DNA of 64,000 nucleotides from Chthoniobacterales bacterium (GTDB taxonomy: Bacteria > Verrucomicrobiota > Verrucomicrobiia > Chthoniobacterales > Chthoniobacteraceae), in contig JBBQZX010000017.1 of assembly GCA_038207335.1 (NCBI GenBank), forward strand, positions 51,787 through 115,786, read 5' to 3'. The notes beneath the pieces were generated by a model. That model worked only from the letters and a program-made list of their open reading frames with translations. It was not told the origin of the DNA and ran no database searches. The first letter of the stretch is position 1, and each line of letters starts with the position of its first letter. The position numbers and the translations under genes were made by a program. This document shows positions 21,898-31,083 of the stretch, piece by piece.

Positions 21898-22449
21898 GTG
21901 CAATTTCGCCTCATCGTCGGCTTGGGAAATCCCGGGCGCGAATACCGCGACACACGCCACAATGTCGGCTTCATGATCGCAGACCGCCTCGCCGCCGCCG
22001 CCCGCGCGGAGTTCAAACACGAGAAATCGTGGCAGTGCGACCTCGCGCGCACCGGCGGCGCGATGCTCTGCAAGCCGCTTACCTACATGAATCTCAGCGG
22101 GGAAGCCGTCCGCGCCGTCTGCGATTTTTATAAAATTGAGCCTGCCGCAGTGCTCGCGATTTCCGACGACATGGCGCTCCCGCTCGGCAAGCTGCGGCTC
22201 CGCTCCGGCGGCTCCGCCGGCGGGCACAATGGCCTGAAATCCATCGCCTCGCATCTCGGCACCCAGGAGTTTCCGCGGCTCCGAATTGGCATCGGCTCCT
22301 CCACGCCCGGCGAGGCGACCGGCCACGTGCTGGGGCGATTTTCCGACGACGAGAAAGCCGCGCTCGACGACAGCCTCGCCCGCGCGATTTCCGCCATCGA
22401 CTGCGCGCAGAGTGAAGGCTTTGCCGCGGCTATGAATTCCTTTAACTAA
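21898..22449 (+). CDS. pth: Peptidyl-tRNA hydrolase
   Basis: IVGLGNPG..Y..TRHNVGF, KPLTYMNLSG, GGHNGLKSI, RLRIGIG. Confidence 0.97.
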   Translation: MQFRLIVGLGNPGREYRDTRHNVGFMIADRLAAAARAEFKHEKSWQCDLARTGGAMLCKPLTYMNLSGEAVRAVCDFYKIEPAAVLAISDDMALPLGKLRLRSGGSAGGHNGLKSIASHLGTQEFPRLRIGIGSSTPGEATGHVLGRFSDDEKAALDDSLARAISAIDCAQSEGFAAAMNSFN

Positions 22450-22472
22450 CCAAACCAACCAAACCGAATCCC

Positions 22473-22784
22473 ATGAAAAACCGTTACGAAGGACTCCTCG
22501 TCCTCAATGTCAAAGGCAACGACGAAGGCGCAAAGGACATCATCGACCGCCTCGAAAAAGACTTCACGAAAGAAGGCGCGCAAGTGGAGCAAGTGCAGCG
22601 GATGGACCGCCGGCATTTCTCCTACGTCGCCGGAAAGCTCGACAGCGGCTACTTCGTGAATTTCGTCTTCAACGCCGAGCCCACCTTCATCGAGCGCTTC
22701 CAAAACAAGCTCAAGCTCGACCCGGACATCTACCGCCAGCACTATCAGAAGCTCAGCGCCAAAAAATCGCCGGCCGAAAAGTAG
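22473..22784 (+). CDS. rpsF: 30S ribosomal protein S6
   Basis: RYEGLLVL...RRHFSY...GYFVNFVF pattern and pth-rpsF-ssb synteny. Confidence 0.88.
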   Translation: MKNRYEGLLVLNVKGNDEGAKDIIDRLEKDFTKEGAQVEQVQRMDRRHFSYVAGKLDSGYFVNFVFNAEPTFIERFQNKLKLDPDIYRQHYQKLSAKKSPAEK

Positions 22785-22817
22785 GCGCCCGCCACAACCC
22801 CAACAGACCCGCGCGCT

Positions 22818-23324
22818 ATGCCGAATCTGAACAAAGTGATGCTGATGGGGAATCTCACCCGCGACCCCGAGATCAAATACACGCCGAAAGGCACAGCCAT
22901 CGCGAGTTTCGGCCTCGCCGTGAATCGCAAATACTCGACCGACGGCGGAGAGAAGCGCGAAGAAGTGACCTTCATCGACCTCGACGCGTTTGGCCGTACT
23001 GCGGAGGTCATCGGCGAGTATTTCAAAAAGGGCCGCCCGATCTACGTTGAAGGTCGGCTGAAGCTTGACACATGGGACGACAAGCAGACGGGGCAAAAAA
23101 AGAGCAAGCTGCGCGTGGTGGTGGACAGCTTCGAATTTCTCGGCGGCCGTGAGGACGGCGGCGGAGGTGGGAGCAGCAACGCCGCCGGCGAACGCGAATA
23201 TAGCGAAAGCCGGCAGAGCGAGAGCCGGCCTGCGGCGCGTCCGGCAAGCCGCCCGGCAGCTCCCCCGCCCCGCCCACCAGCCGACCCCGACCTCGACGCG
23301 TCGGACGACGACATCCCGTTCTAA
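22818..23324 (+). CDS. ssb: Single-stranded DNA-binding protein
   Basis: NKVMLMGNLTRDPE, VEGRL, C-terminal DDDIPF. Confidence 0.97.
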   Translation: MPNLNKVMLMGNLTRDPEIKYTPKGTAIASFGLAVNRKYSTDGGEKREEVTFIDLDAFGRTAEVIGEYFKKGRPIYVEGRLKLDTWDDKQTGQKKSKLRVVVDSFEFLGGREDGGGGGSSNAAGEREYSESRQSESRPAARPASRPAAPPPRPPADPDLDASDDDIPF

Positions 23325-23424
23325 AAGCTCCTGCTGCAACGCCAAATATCACCGGCCCGGCCACTGCTCATCCGCAGTAAGCCGGGCCGCTTTCTTTCCG
23401 CGAAAACCTATCCGCGCAAGGCAT

Positions 23425-23504
23425 GCTGTAGCCGGGATCGCTGATCCCGATCGCTGGCCCTTCTCGGCACTCCCGCCCTACGCGATCAACGATCCGGCTA
23501 CAGC
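23425..23504. repeat. GTAG-type REP palindrome doublet
   Basis: GCTGTAGCCGGGATCGCTGATCCCG ... GATCAACGATCCGGCTACAGC between convergent genes; same family as 38462-38490. Confidence 0.7.
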
Positions 23505-23507
23505 CCC

Positions 23508-24260
23508 TCACGCAAACTGCTGAAAAATCCGGCCAGCCTCCTCCAGCGTCTCCTTGCTCCCCACATCGAACCACGTCCCCGGCACCTCCCATGTCAGCAC
23601 CGGCAAGCGCGGGCAGAGCCACTGCACGAAGCGCCCGGGCTGATCCGGGTTATTCCCCGCCGCGAGATACGTCGCAAATTCGGTCACGATCGCTGCCGGG
23701 TAATAATACAACGCGATCCCAATCTGCGTGCTCTTCGGCTCCGACGGCTTCTCCTCGAAACTCGTCAGCGCCCCATCCGCTCCGACCGCGACCACACCGT
23801 ATTTCTTCGCCTCCTCCAACGAGCCGACATCATAGACCCCGAGCACCGGCTGCTCCTTCTCCGCACAAAATCTCCCGAAATCCTCGAGACTCTGCGAAAA
23901 TAGATTGTCACCCGCGACCACGATCAGCCCCGAATTCGCGAGCCCGGCGCGCCCGATCACGAGCTGAATATCCCCTATCGCACCGAGCTTGTCCGAGTCG
24001 CTCGTCGAGCCGTCGTTCACGATCTCAAATGTCAGCTTCGGATGCGCCGCATGATAGCCGTCCGCCCACTTTTGAAAGTCCGCCGCGAATTTGCTGTTCG
24101 TCACCACATACACTTTTTCGATCCCGTCGATCGGCGCGAGATTGTCGATCACCCACTCCATCATCGGCTTTCCCGCGACATCCAGCAGGGGCTTTGCGCG
24201 ATTTTGCGTGAGCGGATAGAGGCGCGTCGCATAACCCGCCGCGAGGATCAAAATGTTCAT
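23508..24260 (-). CDS. Nucleotidyltransferase (NTP_transferase family; sugar-1-P nucleotidylyltransferase-like)
   Basis: ILAAGYATRLYPLT...KPLL, VAGDNLF, FEEKP, WFDVG. Confidence 0.9.
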   Translation of the reverse strand: MNILILAAGYATRLYPLTQNRAKPLLDVAGKPMMEWVIDNLAPIDGIEKVYVVTNSKFAADFQKWADGYHAAHPKLTFEIVNDGSTSDSDKLGAIGDIQLVIGRAGLANSGLIVVAGDNLFSQSLEDFGRFCAEKEQPVLGVYDVGSLEEAKKYGVVAVGADGALTSFEEKPSEPKSTQIGIALYYYPAAIVTEFATYLAAGNNPDQPGRFVQWLCPRLPVLTWEVPGTWFDVGSKETLEEAGRIFQQFA

Positions 24261-24266
24261 CCAAGC

Positions 24267-24295
24267 GACTTACACGCCGTCGTCCCGGCATTCAA
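24267..24295 (-). promoter_or_regulatory. Putative sigma70 promoter giving a leaderless mRNA
   Basis: Minus strand TTGAAT-N17-TAAGTC ending 6 nt before ATG 24260. Confidence 0.45.
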
Positions 24296-24416
24296 AACGA
24301 ATCGCTGCGGCAACCAACAAGCCACCGCCGCAGGGTCACTGAAGAATGAAATAAACCACCCATTTCGCCGATCGCCCTCCGATCTTTGCGCTTTCCGTCT
24401 CTAGCATCCTCGCTAG

Positions 24417-24430
24417 TGTTCGACAGAACA
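24417..24430 (+). promoter_or_regulatory. LexA (SOS) box, Verrucomicrobia type
   Basis: TGTTC-GACA-GAACA with perfect palindromic arms, overlapping the A of the lexA start codon; matches the described verrucomicrobial TGTTC-N4-GAACA motif. Confidence 0.88.
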
Positions 24431-25047
24431 TGAGCACCGTTCTCACCACGCGCCAGCAGCAGGTTCTTGACTTCATCGAGCACGCGCAGGCATCCAGCGG
24501 CGTCACGCCGACCACGCGCGAGATTCAGGAGCACTTCGGTTTCGCCAGCCAGACAGCCGCGATGAACCACCTCCGCGCGCTCGAAAAAAAAGGCGTGATC
24601 CACCGCCGCGCGGGCAAGGCGCGCGCACTCTCCGTGGTGTCGAAATACAAGCGCGAAACCATCGTGGACATTCCGCTCTACGGGCAGATCGCGGCAGGCT
24701 ACGCTGAGGTCACCGAGCAGGATAATGACGCCGTCATTTCGGTCGATACCACCACGCTCGGGCTCGGAAAAAAATCGCGCATGTTCGCGCTGAAAGTCCG
24801 CGGCGAGTCGATGATCGACGCACAAATCAGCGACGGCGACCTAGTCATCCTCGAATCCCGCGAGCCGAAAAACGGCGACATCGTCGCCGCTCTCATTGAT
24901 GGCGAGACGACGCTGAAGCGCCTCATCATTAAAGGTGGCACGGCCTACTTGAAATCCGAAAACCCGCGTTTCCCCAACCTCACGCCGAGCGAGGAACTCA
25001 TCGTCCAAGGCGTTATGGTCGCCCTCATCCGGCGATGCCGGGACTGA
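24430..25047 (+). CDS. lexA: SOS repressor LexA
   Basis: LTTRQQQVLDFI, PTTREI, cleavage site IAAG, catalytic GESM and TLKR. Confidence 0.96.
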   Translation: MSTVLTTRQQQVLDFIEHAQASSGVTPTTREIQEHFGFASQTAAMNHLRALEKKGVIHRRAGKARALSVVSKYKRETIVDIPLYGQIAAGYAEVTEQDNDAVISVDTTTLGLGKKSRMFALKVRGESMIDAQISDGDLVILESREPKNGDIVAALIDGETTLKRLIIKGGTAYLKSENPRFPNLTPSEELIVQGVMVALIRRCRD

Positions 25048-25080
25048 ATGGTGAGCGCAGCGTGGTTCGCTGAATTCGCG

Positions 25081-26262
25081 ATGCCGCAACCTCCGGTTTT
25101 TCACCGTTCGCCCCGCATCATCCATCTCGATGCCGATGCGTTTTTCGCGTCCGTTGAGCAGGCGGAGAATCCGGCGCTGCGCGGCATAGCGATGGCCGTC
25201 GGTGGGCAGACGCGCGGCATCATCGCGAGCGCGAGCTACGAGGCGCGAAAGTGCGGCGTCTATACCCCGATGCCGACTGTGCAGGCGAAGAAACGCTGCC
25301 CTCATCTCGTTCTCGTCAGCGGCGACTTCTCGAAATATCGCACCTACTCGCGGCGCATGTTCGACCTCGCCGAGGAGTTCACGCCGATCATCGAGCGCAC
25401 ATCCATCGACGAGGGCTACTTCGACCTCACCGGCAACTCGCAAATCACTGCGTTGGAAGCCGCGAATCAGCTCCAGCAAAGGATCTCCGGGGCACTCGGA
25501 ATCACCGTCTCGCTCGGAATCGGAACGAATAAACTCATCTCTCAAATCGCTTCGAAGCTCCGAAAACCAAACGCCATCGTCGAGGTTCCTGCCGGCACCG
25601 AGCTCGACTTTCTAGCCCCGCTCGAATGCACATGGCTTCCAGGCGTGGGCAAAAAACTCGGTGAACATCTGCGAGAGAACGGACTCCATCTCATTCCGCA
25701 AATCGCAAAAGCGCCGCTCGATTTTCTCGTGCAAGTCGCGGGAAATTTCGCGCCGCAGCTTCGCCAATTTGCACTCGGCATCGACCCGCGTCCCGTCGTC
25801 TGTGAGCACGAAGACGCGAAGTCTTACGGGATGCAGGAAACTTTCGACGGCAACGTCACCGACCGCGCCTTCGTGCTCGAGACGCTCCACACGATGGCCG
25901 ACGAGCTGATGAGTAAAGTTCGCCGCGACGCCAAGGCGATCCGCACTGTCGGCGTCCGCCTGCGCTACTCCGATTTCACCGACACCACACACGCAAAAAC
26001 ACTCGCCGAGTCATCCGATCTTGAGACCGACATTTATCCCTTGCTGCCGCAACTCCTGCGCGAAACGTGGAACCGCAACGCCAGCCTGAGACTCGCGGGA
26101 CTGCGATTTACAAACATCGAAGCGCCAGCCACGCAGGCCGAATTCCAGCTCGACTCGAACGCCCGCGTCCGCACCAAACAACAAGCTGCCGCGCATCTAC
26201 TCGACGAGCTGCGAGCCAAGTCGCTGCCGATCATGCGCGGCCATTCGCTCCGAAAAGAATGA
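25081..26262 (+). CDS. dinB: DNA polymerase IV (Y family)
   Basis: IIHLDADAFFASVE, ASYEAR..GV, SIDEGY, LPGVG; alternative start at 25048. Confidence 0.93.
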   Translation: MPQPPVFHRSPRIIHLDADAFFASVEQAENPALRGIAMAVGGQTRGIIASASYEARKCGVYTPMPTVQAKKRCPHLVLVSGDFSKYRTYSRRMFDLAEEFTPIIERTSIDEGYFDLTGNSQITALEAANQLQQRISGALGITVSLGIGTNKLISQIASKLRKPNAIVEVPAGTELDFLAPLECTWLPGVGKKLGEHLRENGLHLIPQIAKAPLDFLVQVAGNFAPQLRQFALGIDPRPVVCEHEDAKSYGMQETFDGNVTDRAFVLETLHTMADELMSKVRRDAKAIRTVGVRLRYSDFTDTTHAKTLAESSDLETDIYPLLPQLLRETWNRNASLRLAGLRFTNIEAPATQAEFQLDSNARVRTKQQAAAHLLDELRAKSLPIMRGHSLRKE

Positions 26263-26864
26263 GCCGCGCCGCCTCCGAATTTCAGCTCCTCACACCGCGC
26301 GTCGCCTTCTGGCAAGCGTACGATTCAGCGGTGAAGACCGACCTTTCCAGCACCGCGCTCCTCACCGCGAGCGGGCTTGTTTTCATCGACCCGATCCCGC
26401 TGCAAAAATCCGCGCTCAACGAACTCACCGAAGCCGCGAAACCGGTCGCAATCGTCCTCACAAACGGCAACCATGCCCGCGCCGCAGCCGATTTTCGCGC
26501 CCGCTTTTCGATCCCCATCTGCGCACGTCCCGCCGCGATTTCTTCACTCGAAATTGCCGTCGATCGCGAACTCACTGACGCCAGCGAAATCGTCCCCGGC
26601 CTCGCGGCCATCGGCATTCCCGGCGCTGGTCCCGGCGAGATCGCGCTCCATTTTGAAAATCATCTCGTCGCCATCGGCGACGCGCTCATCAACGTCGATT
26701 CGCACGGTTTCGGCCTGCTCCCCGACAAATACTGCGCGGATGCAAAAGTGATGCGCGCGGCGCTGGGAAAACTGTTGCGGTTCGAATTTGAAATCCTGAC
26801 ATTCGCCCACGGTTTGCCGCTCACATCCCGCGCGCGGCAAAGACTGGAAACCCTGCTCGCATGA
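26259..26864 (+). CDS. Metallo-beta-lactamase-fold protein
   Basis: VFIDP, LTNGNHAR, GPGE, IGDAL, FAHG; ATGA overlap with dinB. Confidence 0.75.
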   Translation: MSRAASEFQLLTPRVAFWQAYDSAVKTDLSSTALLTASGLVFIDPIPLQKSALNELTEAAKPVAIVLTNGNHARAAADFRARFSIPICARPAAISSLEIAVDRELTDASEIVPGLAAIGIPGAGPGEIALHFENHLVAIGDALINVDSHGFGLLPDKYCADAKVMRAALGKLLRFEFEILTFAHGLPLTSRARQRLETLLA

Positions 26865-27424
26865 AGCCTCGCCTCGCACTCGCCTTTCTCACGATCACCG
26901 CTCTCTCCGTGCCCCTGCTCGCGCAGGAAAAGCCGGGGAGAAAAACGATGGTCTTCCAGCCCGGCGCGAAAACGCCCGATGGCCAAGAAGCCCCTCCAGC
27001 ACAGCCTCCGGTGGAAAAGAGCGCGTTCGATTTGAGTTCCGCCGAAGCGCCTGCGCAGTTCGCGCTGCACTTCTTCACGCAGCTCCAAAAGGGCGACATC
27101 GACGGCGCGTATGGGACGCTCACGAAGGGTTCGAAAATCTCGGAGCGCCCCGAGGAATTGAAAGCGCTGAAGTCGAAAACGCACGAGGCTATCGACGTTT
27201 TTGGCGCGGTTGTCGGATTTGAAATGGTCGAGTCGAAGAGCGTGGGCGAGCGGTTGCTGCGACGCACCTACGTCTCGCTCGGCAAAGAATTCCCGCTTCG
27301 GTGGCGGTTCTACTTTTACAAACCGGAACTCGTCTGGCGGCTCGTCGATTTGCGAGTGGATGACCGGCTCTCCGGAATGTTCGACGAGCCCGACGACTCC
27401 CGCGCGCCCGACATCAAAAAGTGA
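26861..27424 (+). CDS. Exported hypothetical protein
   Basis: Signal peptide (PLLA-Q), PLRWRFYFYKP; ATGA overlap. Confidence 0.75.
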   Translation: MKPRLALAFLTITALSVPLLAQEKPGRKTMVFQPGAKTPDGQEAPPAQPPVEKSAFDLSSAEAPAQFALHFFTQLQKGDIDGAYGTLTKGSKISERPEELKALKSKTHEAIDVFGAVVGFEMVESKSVGERLLRRTYVSLGKEFPLRWRFYFYKPELVWRLVDLRVDDRLSGMFDEPDDSRAPDIKK

Positions 27425-28260
27425 TCGTCCGCGTCCTCCGGTTCATCCGGTTTTCGCACACCATCTTCGCGCTGCCATTCGCTCTCGGCGCGATGCTCGT
27501 CGCCGCGCGCGGGTTGCCACCGCTCTCAATCGTCGCCCTCATCCTGCTCGCGATGATCTTCGCCCGTACCGCCGCGATGACTTTCAACCGCCTCGCCGAC
27601 TGGCGCATCGACCAGCGCAACCCGCGCACCGCCGCCCGCCACACGCTCATCTCGCACAGCGGCGCGGTCGCGCTGCTGCTGGCGAGTTCCGCCGCATTCA
27701 TTGCGACGACGTGGTTCATCAATCGTCTTTGTTTCTGGCTCGCCCCCGTCGCGCTCACGATTGTCTTTTTCTACTCGCTGACAAAACGATTCACCTCACT
27801 GAGTCACTTTTTCCTCGGCCTCGCGCTTTCAGTCTCGCCCGTCGGTGCGTGGCTCGCAGTCACCGGCGCCTTCGCATTTCCGCCGCTCGTCCTCGCGCTC
27901 GCCGTGCTGCTGTGGGTCGCCGGATTCGACGTGATTTACGCGACGCAAGATCACGAGTTCGACTGCGGCGAAGGTCTCCGCTCGCTCGTCGTCGCGCTCG
28001 GCATCCCTCGCAGCCTGCGCCTCGCCGAGACGCTGCACTGGATCATGCTCGGCGTGCTCGCGGCATTCGGATGGCTCGCGAAGCTAGGCCCCATCTACTT
28101 TTCCAGCCTCGCGCTCATCGCCGGTGCGCTCATCTTCGAGCACCGCAGCGCAGAGCGCCTGGATGTCGCCGCGATCAATCTCGCCTTCTTCCAGAGCAAC
28201 GCATTCGTGGGCCTCGTCTTCCTCACCGCCACCGCCCTGGACCTCGCGTTCGTCCGCTGA
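27421..28260 (+). CDS. UbiA-family prenyltransferase (MqnP/4-hydroxybenzoate polyprenyltransferase-like)
   Basis: HTIFALPF, ARTAAMTFNRLADWRIDQRNPRT, YSLTKRFT, GFDVIYATQD. Confidence 0.9.
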   Translation: MIVRVLRFIRFSHTIFALPFALGAMLVAARGLPPLSIVALILLAMIFARTAAMTFNRLADWRIDQRNPRTAARHTLISHSGAVALLLASSAAFIATTWFINRLCFWLAPVALTIVFFYSLTKRFTSLSHFFLGLALSVSPVGAWLAVTGAFAFPPLVLALAVLLWVAGFDVIYATQDHEFDCGEGLRSLVVALGIPRSLRLAETLHWIMLGVLAAFGWLAKLGPIYFSSLALIAGALIFEHRSAERLDVAAINLAFFQSNAFVGLVFLTATALDLAFVR

Positions 28261-28314
28261 AGCGTCGTCAGCGAACTCGCCGTGCCGCCGCAACAGGACG
28301 CGCTGGTGAATTGG

Positions 28315-29022
28315 TTATTTGAGGATTTGGAGATTCGAGAATCGCGGATTGAATTCGTCCTTCGAGGTGCTGATGGCGGCAATGCCAGCCTGAAGTTCCT
28401 TGGGCCACTCCGCCGGAATTTCCTTTGGGTCGAGAACGTCCCAAGAAATCCCATCCGCGCTCACGGCAGCCAGAAACTTTGCACCTCGTCGCTCTAGCCG
28501 CAGGAACATGGGTCCGTTTTTAGGAATCGGGTGGTCGCCAGTCATCCCGATGCGCTGAAGTTCTCCGCCAACGCGAATCTCAAAATTTGCATACGGGACG
28601 GCTTCCTCGCCTGGATGTTGAAGGGCGGCGCGCGCCAGAGTAACGACGTTCCGATCGTCGCACACAGCCACGATCGCGGCACCGTTATAGCCCGTTCGTC
28701 CGGCTTTCGTAGAGTCGTCACCCGGTGCAAAACGGCCCTCGACTTTCACTTGGATGGTAAAGTCGCCTCGAACAGGTTGAAGCACACGCGGCGCGTTTGT
28801 GGTGCCGATGTCAGCGGCCAAATCATGGGGGCGCGAACCCGGGACGCTGATGAGCAAAGCATCTTCCGCAACGAAGAACTTGCAGTCGTGATCAGGATCG
28901 GTCGCCGTGCCCCATCCGGGGGTTTCGCGCTTTGCTTCTCCAATCTCCGCCAAATCCTGCCCCTGCATCGGGAGGAAACCAAATCCAAGAACTGCGACGA
29001 GAGATAAAGTCACGGTTTTCAT
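28315..29022 (-). CDS. Exported concanavalin-like (DUF1349-like) protein
   Basis: Signal peptide; NAPRVLQPVRGDFTIQVKV, LRLERRG, SADGISW. Confidence 0.7.
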   Translation of the reverse strand: MKTVTLSLVAVLGFGFLPMQGQDLAEIGEAKRETPGWGTATDPDHDCKFFVAEDALLISVPGSRPHDLAADIGTTNAPRVLQPVRGDFTIQVKVEGRFAPGDDSTKAGRTGYNGAAIVAVCDDRNVVTLARAALQHPGEEAVPYANFEIRVGGELQRIGMTGDHPIPKNGPMFLRLERRGAKFLAAVSADGISWDVLDPKEIPAEWPKELQAGIAAISTSKDEFNPRFSNLQILK

Positions 29023-29064
29023 TTCGTTGAGAGTGGGCCTGGGGAGTCGCCGAACAAAGCCCTT

Positions 29065-30138
29065 TCAAACGATGAAACGATACTGCGTCGTGGAGTCAAA
29101 AGTCTCGCCGGGGCGGAGGATCACGGAGGGGAAGGCCGGGTGGTTTGGCGAGTCGGGAAAGTGCTGCGTCTCAAGGCAGAAGCCGGTGCGGTGCGGGTGA
29201 TGCGAGCCTCCTTTTCCGACCTCTTTTCCGTTGAGGAAATTGCCGGAGTAAAACTGGATGCCGGGCTCGGTGGTGAGGACTTCGAGCACGCGGCCGGAGC
29301 GCGGCTCGTGGACGCGCGCGGCGAGTTCCGGCTTTGCGCGTGTTGCGGTGTCGAGGACGAAATTGTGGTCGTAGCCGCCCGCACTTTTGAGCTGCTCATC
29401 CGCCGAGCCGATGCGCTCCCCAATGAGATGCGGCGTGCGAAAATCGAACGGCGTGCCGGCGACCTCGCGCAGCTCGCCGGTCGGGATGAGCGTGGCATCG
29501 ATTGGTGTGAAGCAATCGGCAAAAATGTTCAATTCGTGGTCGATGATTTCGCCGGCGGCGTGCCCGGCGAGGTTGAAATACGAGTGGTTCGTCAGGTTCA
29601 GCGGCGTCGGTTTGTCGGTCTCGGCGCGGTAGCGAATCTGGAGCGTATCGGCGGAGACGAGCGAGTAGGTCACCTTCACATGCAGCGTGCCAGGATAGCC
29701 CTCTTCGCCGTCGTGACTGATGAGCGAAAGTTCGAGTGTCGGAGTCGCCGGATCCTCTTTGGCGCTTGATTCCCATAACACGCGGTCGAATCCGTTCGGC
29801 CCTCCGTGCAGATGATTCGGCCCGTTGTTTTTCGCAAGAGTGTAGGTGACGCCATCGAGCGTGAATGTGCCGCGCGCCGTGCGATTTCCGACGCGTCCGA
29901 TCAGTGCGCCGAAATGCGAGCGTCCGCCCACGTAGCCTGAGGCGTCGTCGTATCCGAGCACGACATCGGCGAGCTTTCCGTCGCGGTCCGGTGCCAAAAC
30001 CGACGTGATCGCTCCCCCAAAATCCGTGATCGCAACGCGCAGTCCACGGGGATGCGTGAGCGTGTAGAGCATCGCGTTCTTCCCATCGGGGAGCTGGCCA
30101 AACGGTGCGCTAGAAACGGACTGGGAGGAGTCGGGCAT
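29065..30138 (-). CDS. galM: Aldose 1-epimerase (mutarotase)
   Basis: GRVGNR, HLHGG, GYPG, NLTNHSYFNL, GYDHNF, CLETQHFPD. Confidence 0.95.
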   Translation of the reverse strand: MPDSSQSVSSAPFGQLPDGKNAMLYTLTHPRGLRVAITDFGGAITSVLAPDRDGKLADVVLGYDDASGYVGGRSHFGALIGRVGNRTARGTFTLDGVTYTLAKNNGPNHLHGGPNGFDRVLWESSAKEDPATPTLELSLISHDGEEGYPGTLHVKVTYSLVSADTLQIRYRAETDKPTPLNLTNHSYFNLAGHAAGEIIDHELNIFADCFTPIDATLIPTGELREVAGTPFDFRTPHLIGERIGSADEQLKSAGGYDHNFVLDTATRAKPELAARVHEPRSGRVLEVLTTEPGIQFYSGNFLNGKEVGKGGSHHPHRTGFCLETQHFPDSPNHPAFPSVILRPGETFDSTTQYRFIV

Positions 30139-30237
30139 GAGGCAGGTTGCGACGCGGAAAATTGAGGGTCAATGCCGCGCGCGAGTCCAGCGGCTGATTG
30201 ACGCATTCGGCGCGCTCCGCAAACTTCGCGGCCTCGC

Positions 30238-31083
30238 ATGGAAATCAAAAAAGCGCTCATCACTGCTGCAGGCACAAGCCAGCGCTCGCTGCCTTTGCAG
30301 ACGCTCGTCGATCGCGATGGCGTCACGAAGACGGCGTTCGCGATCATCGTGGAAGAGATTTTGCGCGCGGGCATCGAGACGATCGGCGTGGTCATCGCGA
30401 CGGGCGACGACGGCTCGTATCGCGAGGCGGCGGGGCGGCACGCGGAGCGGCTCACCTTCATTGAGCAGCCGCAGCCCCTAGGATACGCACACGCCATTCA
30501 TTGCGCGGAAGCGTTTTGCGGCGACGACGCGTTTTTGCTGCTCGTCAGCGATCACCTGTATCTGAGCGCCACGGCGGTCGGTTGCGCGCAGCAACTCGTC
30601 GAAATCGCGCGCCTCGAAAACTGCTCCGTCTCCGCCGTGCAATCGACGCACGAGAGCCAGCTCCGCTACTACGGCGCGGTCGGCGGCAAGCTCGTGAACG
30701 CGGCGCAGCGGCTCTACCAAGTCGAGGCGGTGCTCGAAAAACCGACGCCGACGGAGGCCGAGCAAAAGCTCGACGTGCCGGGTTTGCGCGCTGGTTTTTA
30801 TCTCTGCTTTTTCGGGATGCACGTCCTCACGCCGACCGTACATCGCGTGCTCCGCGAGCTTTTCTCCGGGAGTAAAAATGCGCCGGCGATCAACTTCCGC
30901 GCGGCTCTGGCAAAGCTCGCGGCTCAGGAGCGCTACCTCGCTTGCGAGCTGGAGGGACGGCGCTTCGACTTCGGTGTGAAATACGGATTGCTCACCTCGC
31001 AGCTCGCGCTCGCGCTCTCCGGCAACGACCGCGATGAGGTGCTCGCCGGGCTCGTGGAATTGCTCGCGACCAAACTGAAGTGA
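30238..31083 (+). CDS. GalU-like sugar-1-phosphate nucleotidyltransferase (degenerate signature)
   Basis: [38 protein letters not shown]. Confidence 0.8.
   Translation: MEIKKALITAAGTSQRSLPLQTLVDRDGVTKTAFAIIVEEILRAGIETIGVVIATGDDGSYREAAGRHAERLTFIEQPQPLGYAHAIHCAEAFCGDDAFLLLVSDHLYLSATAVGCAQQLVEIARLENCSVSAVQSTHESQLRYYGAVGGKLVNAAQRLYQVEAVLEKPTPTEAEQKLDVPGLRAGFYLCFFGMHVLTPTVHRVLRELFSGSKNAPAINFRAALAKLAAQERYLACELEGRRFDFGVKYGLLTSQLALALSGNDRDEVLAGLVELLATKLK

Noticed and set aside
25081..26262. imuB of a lexA-imuABC mutagenesis cassette
   Set aside because: Catalytic acidic residues are intact and no imuA or dnaE2 is adjacent; called dinB
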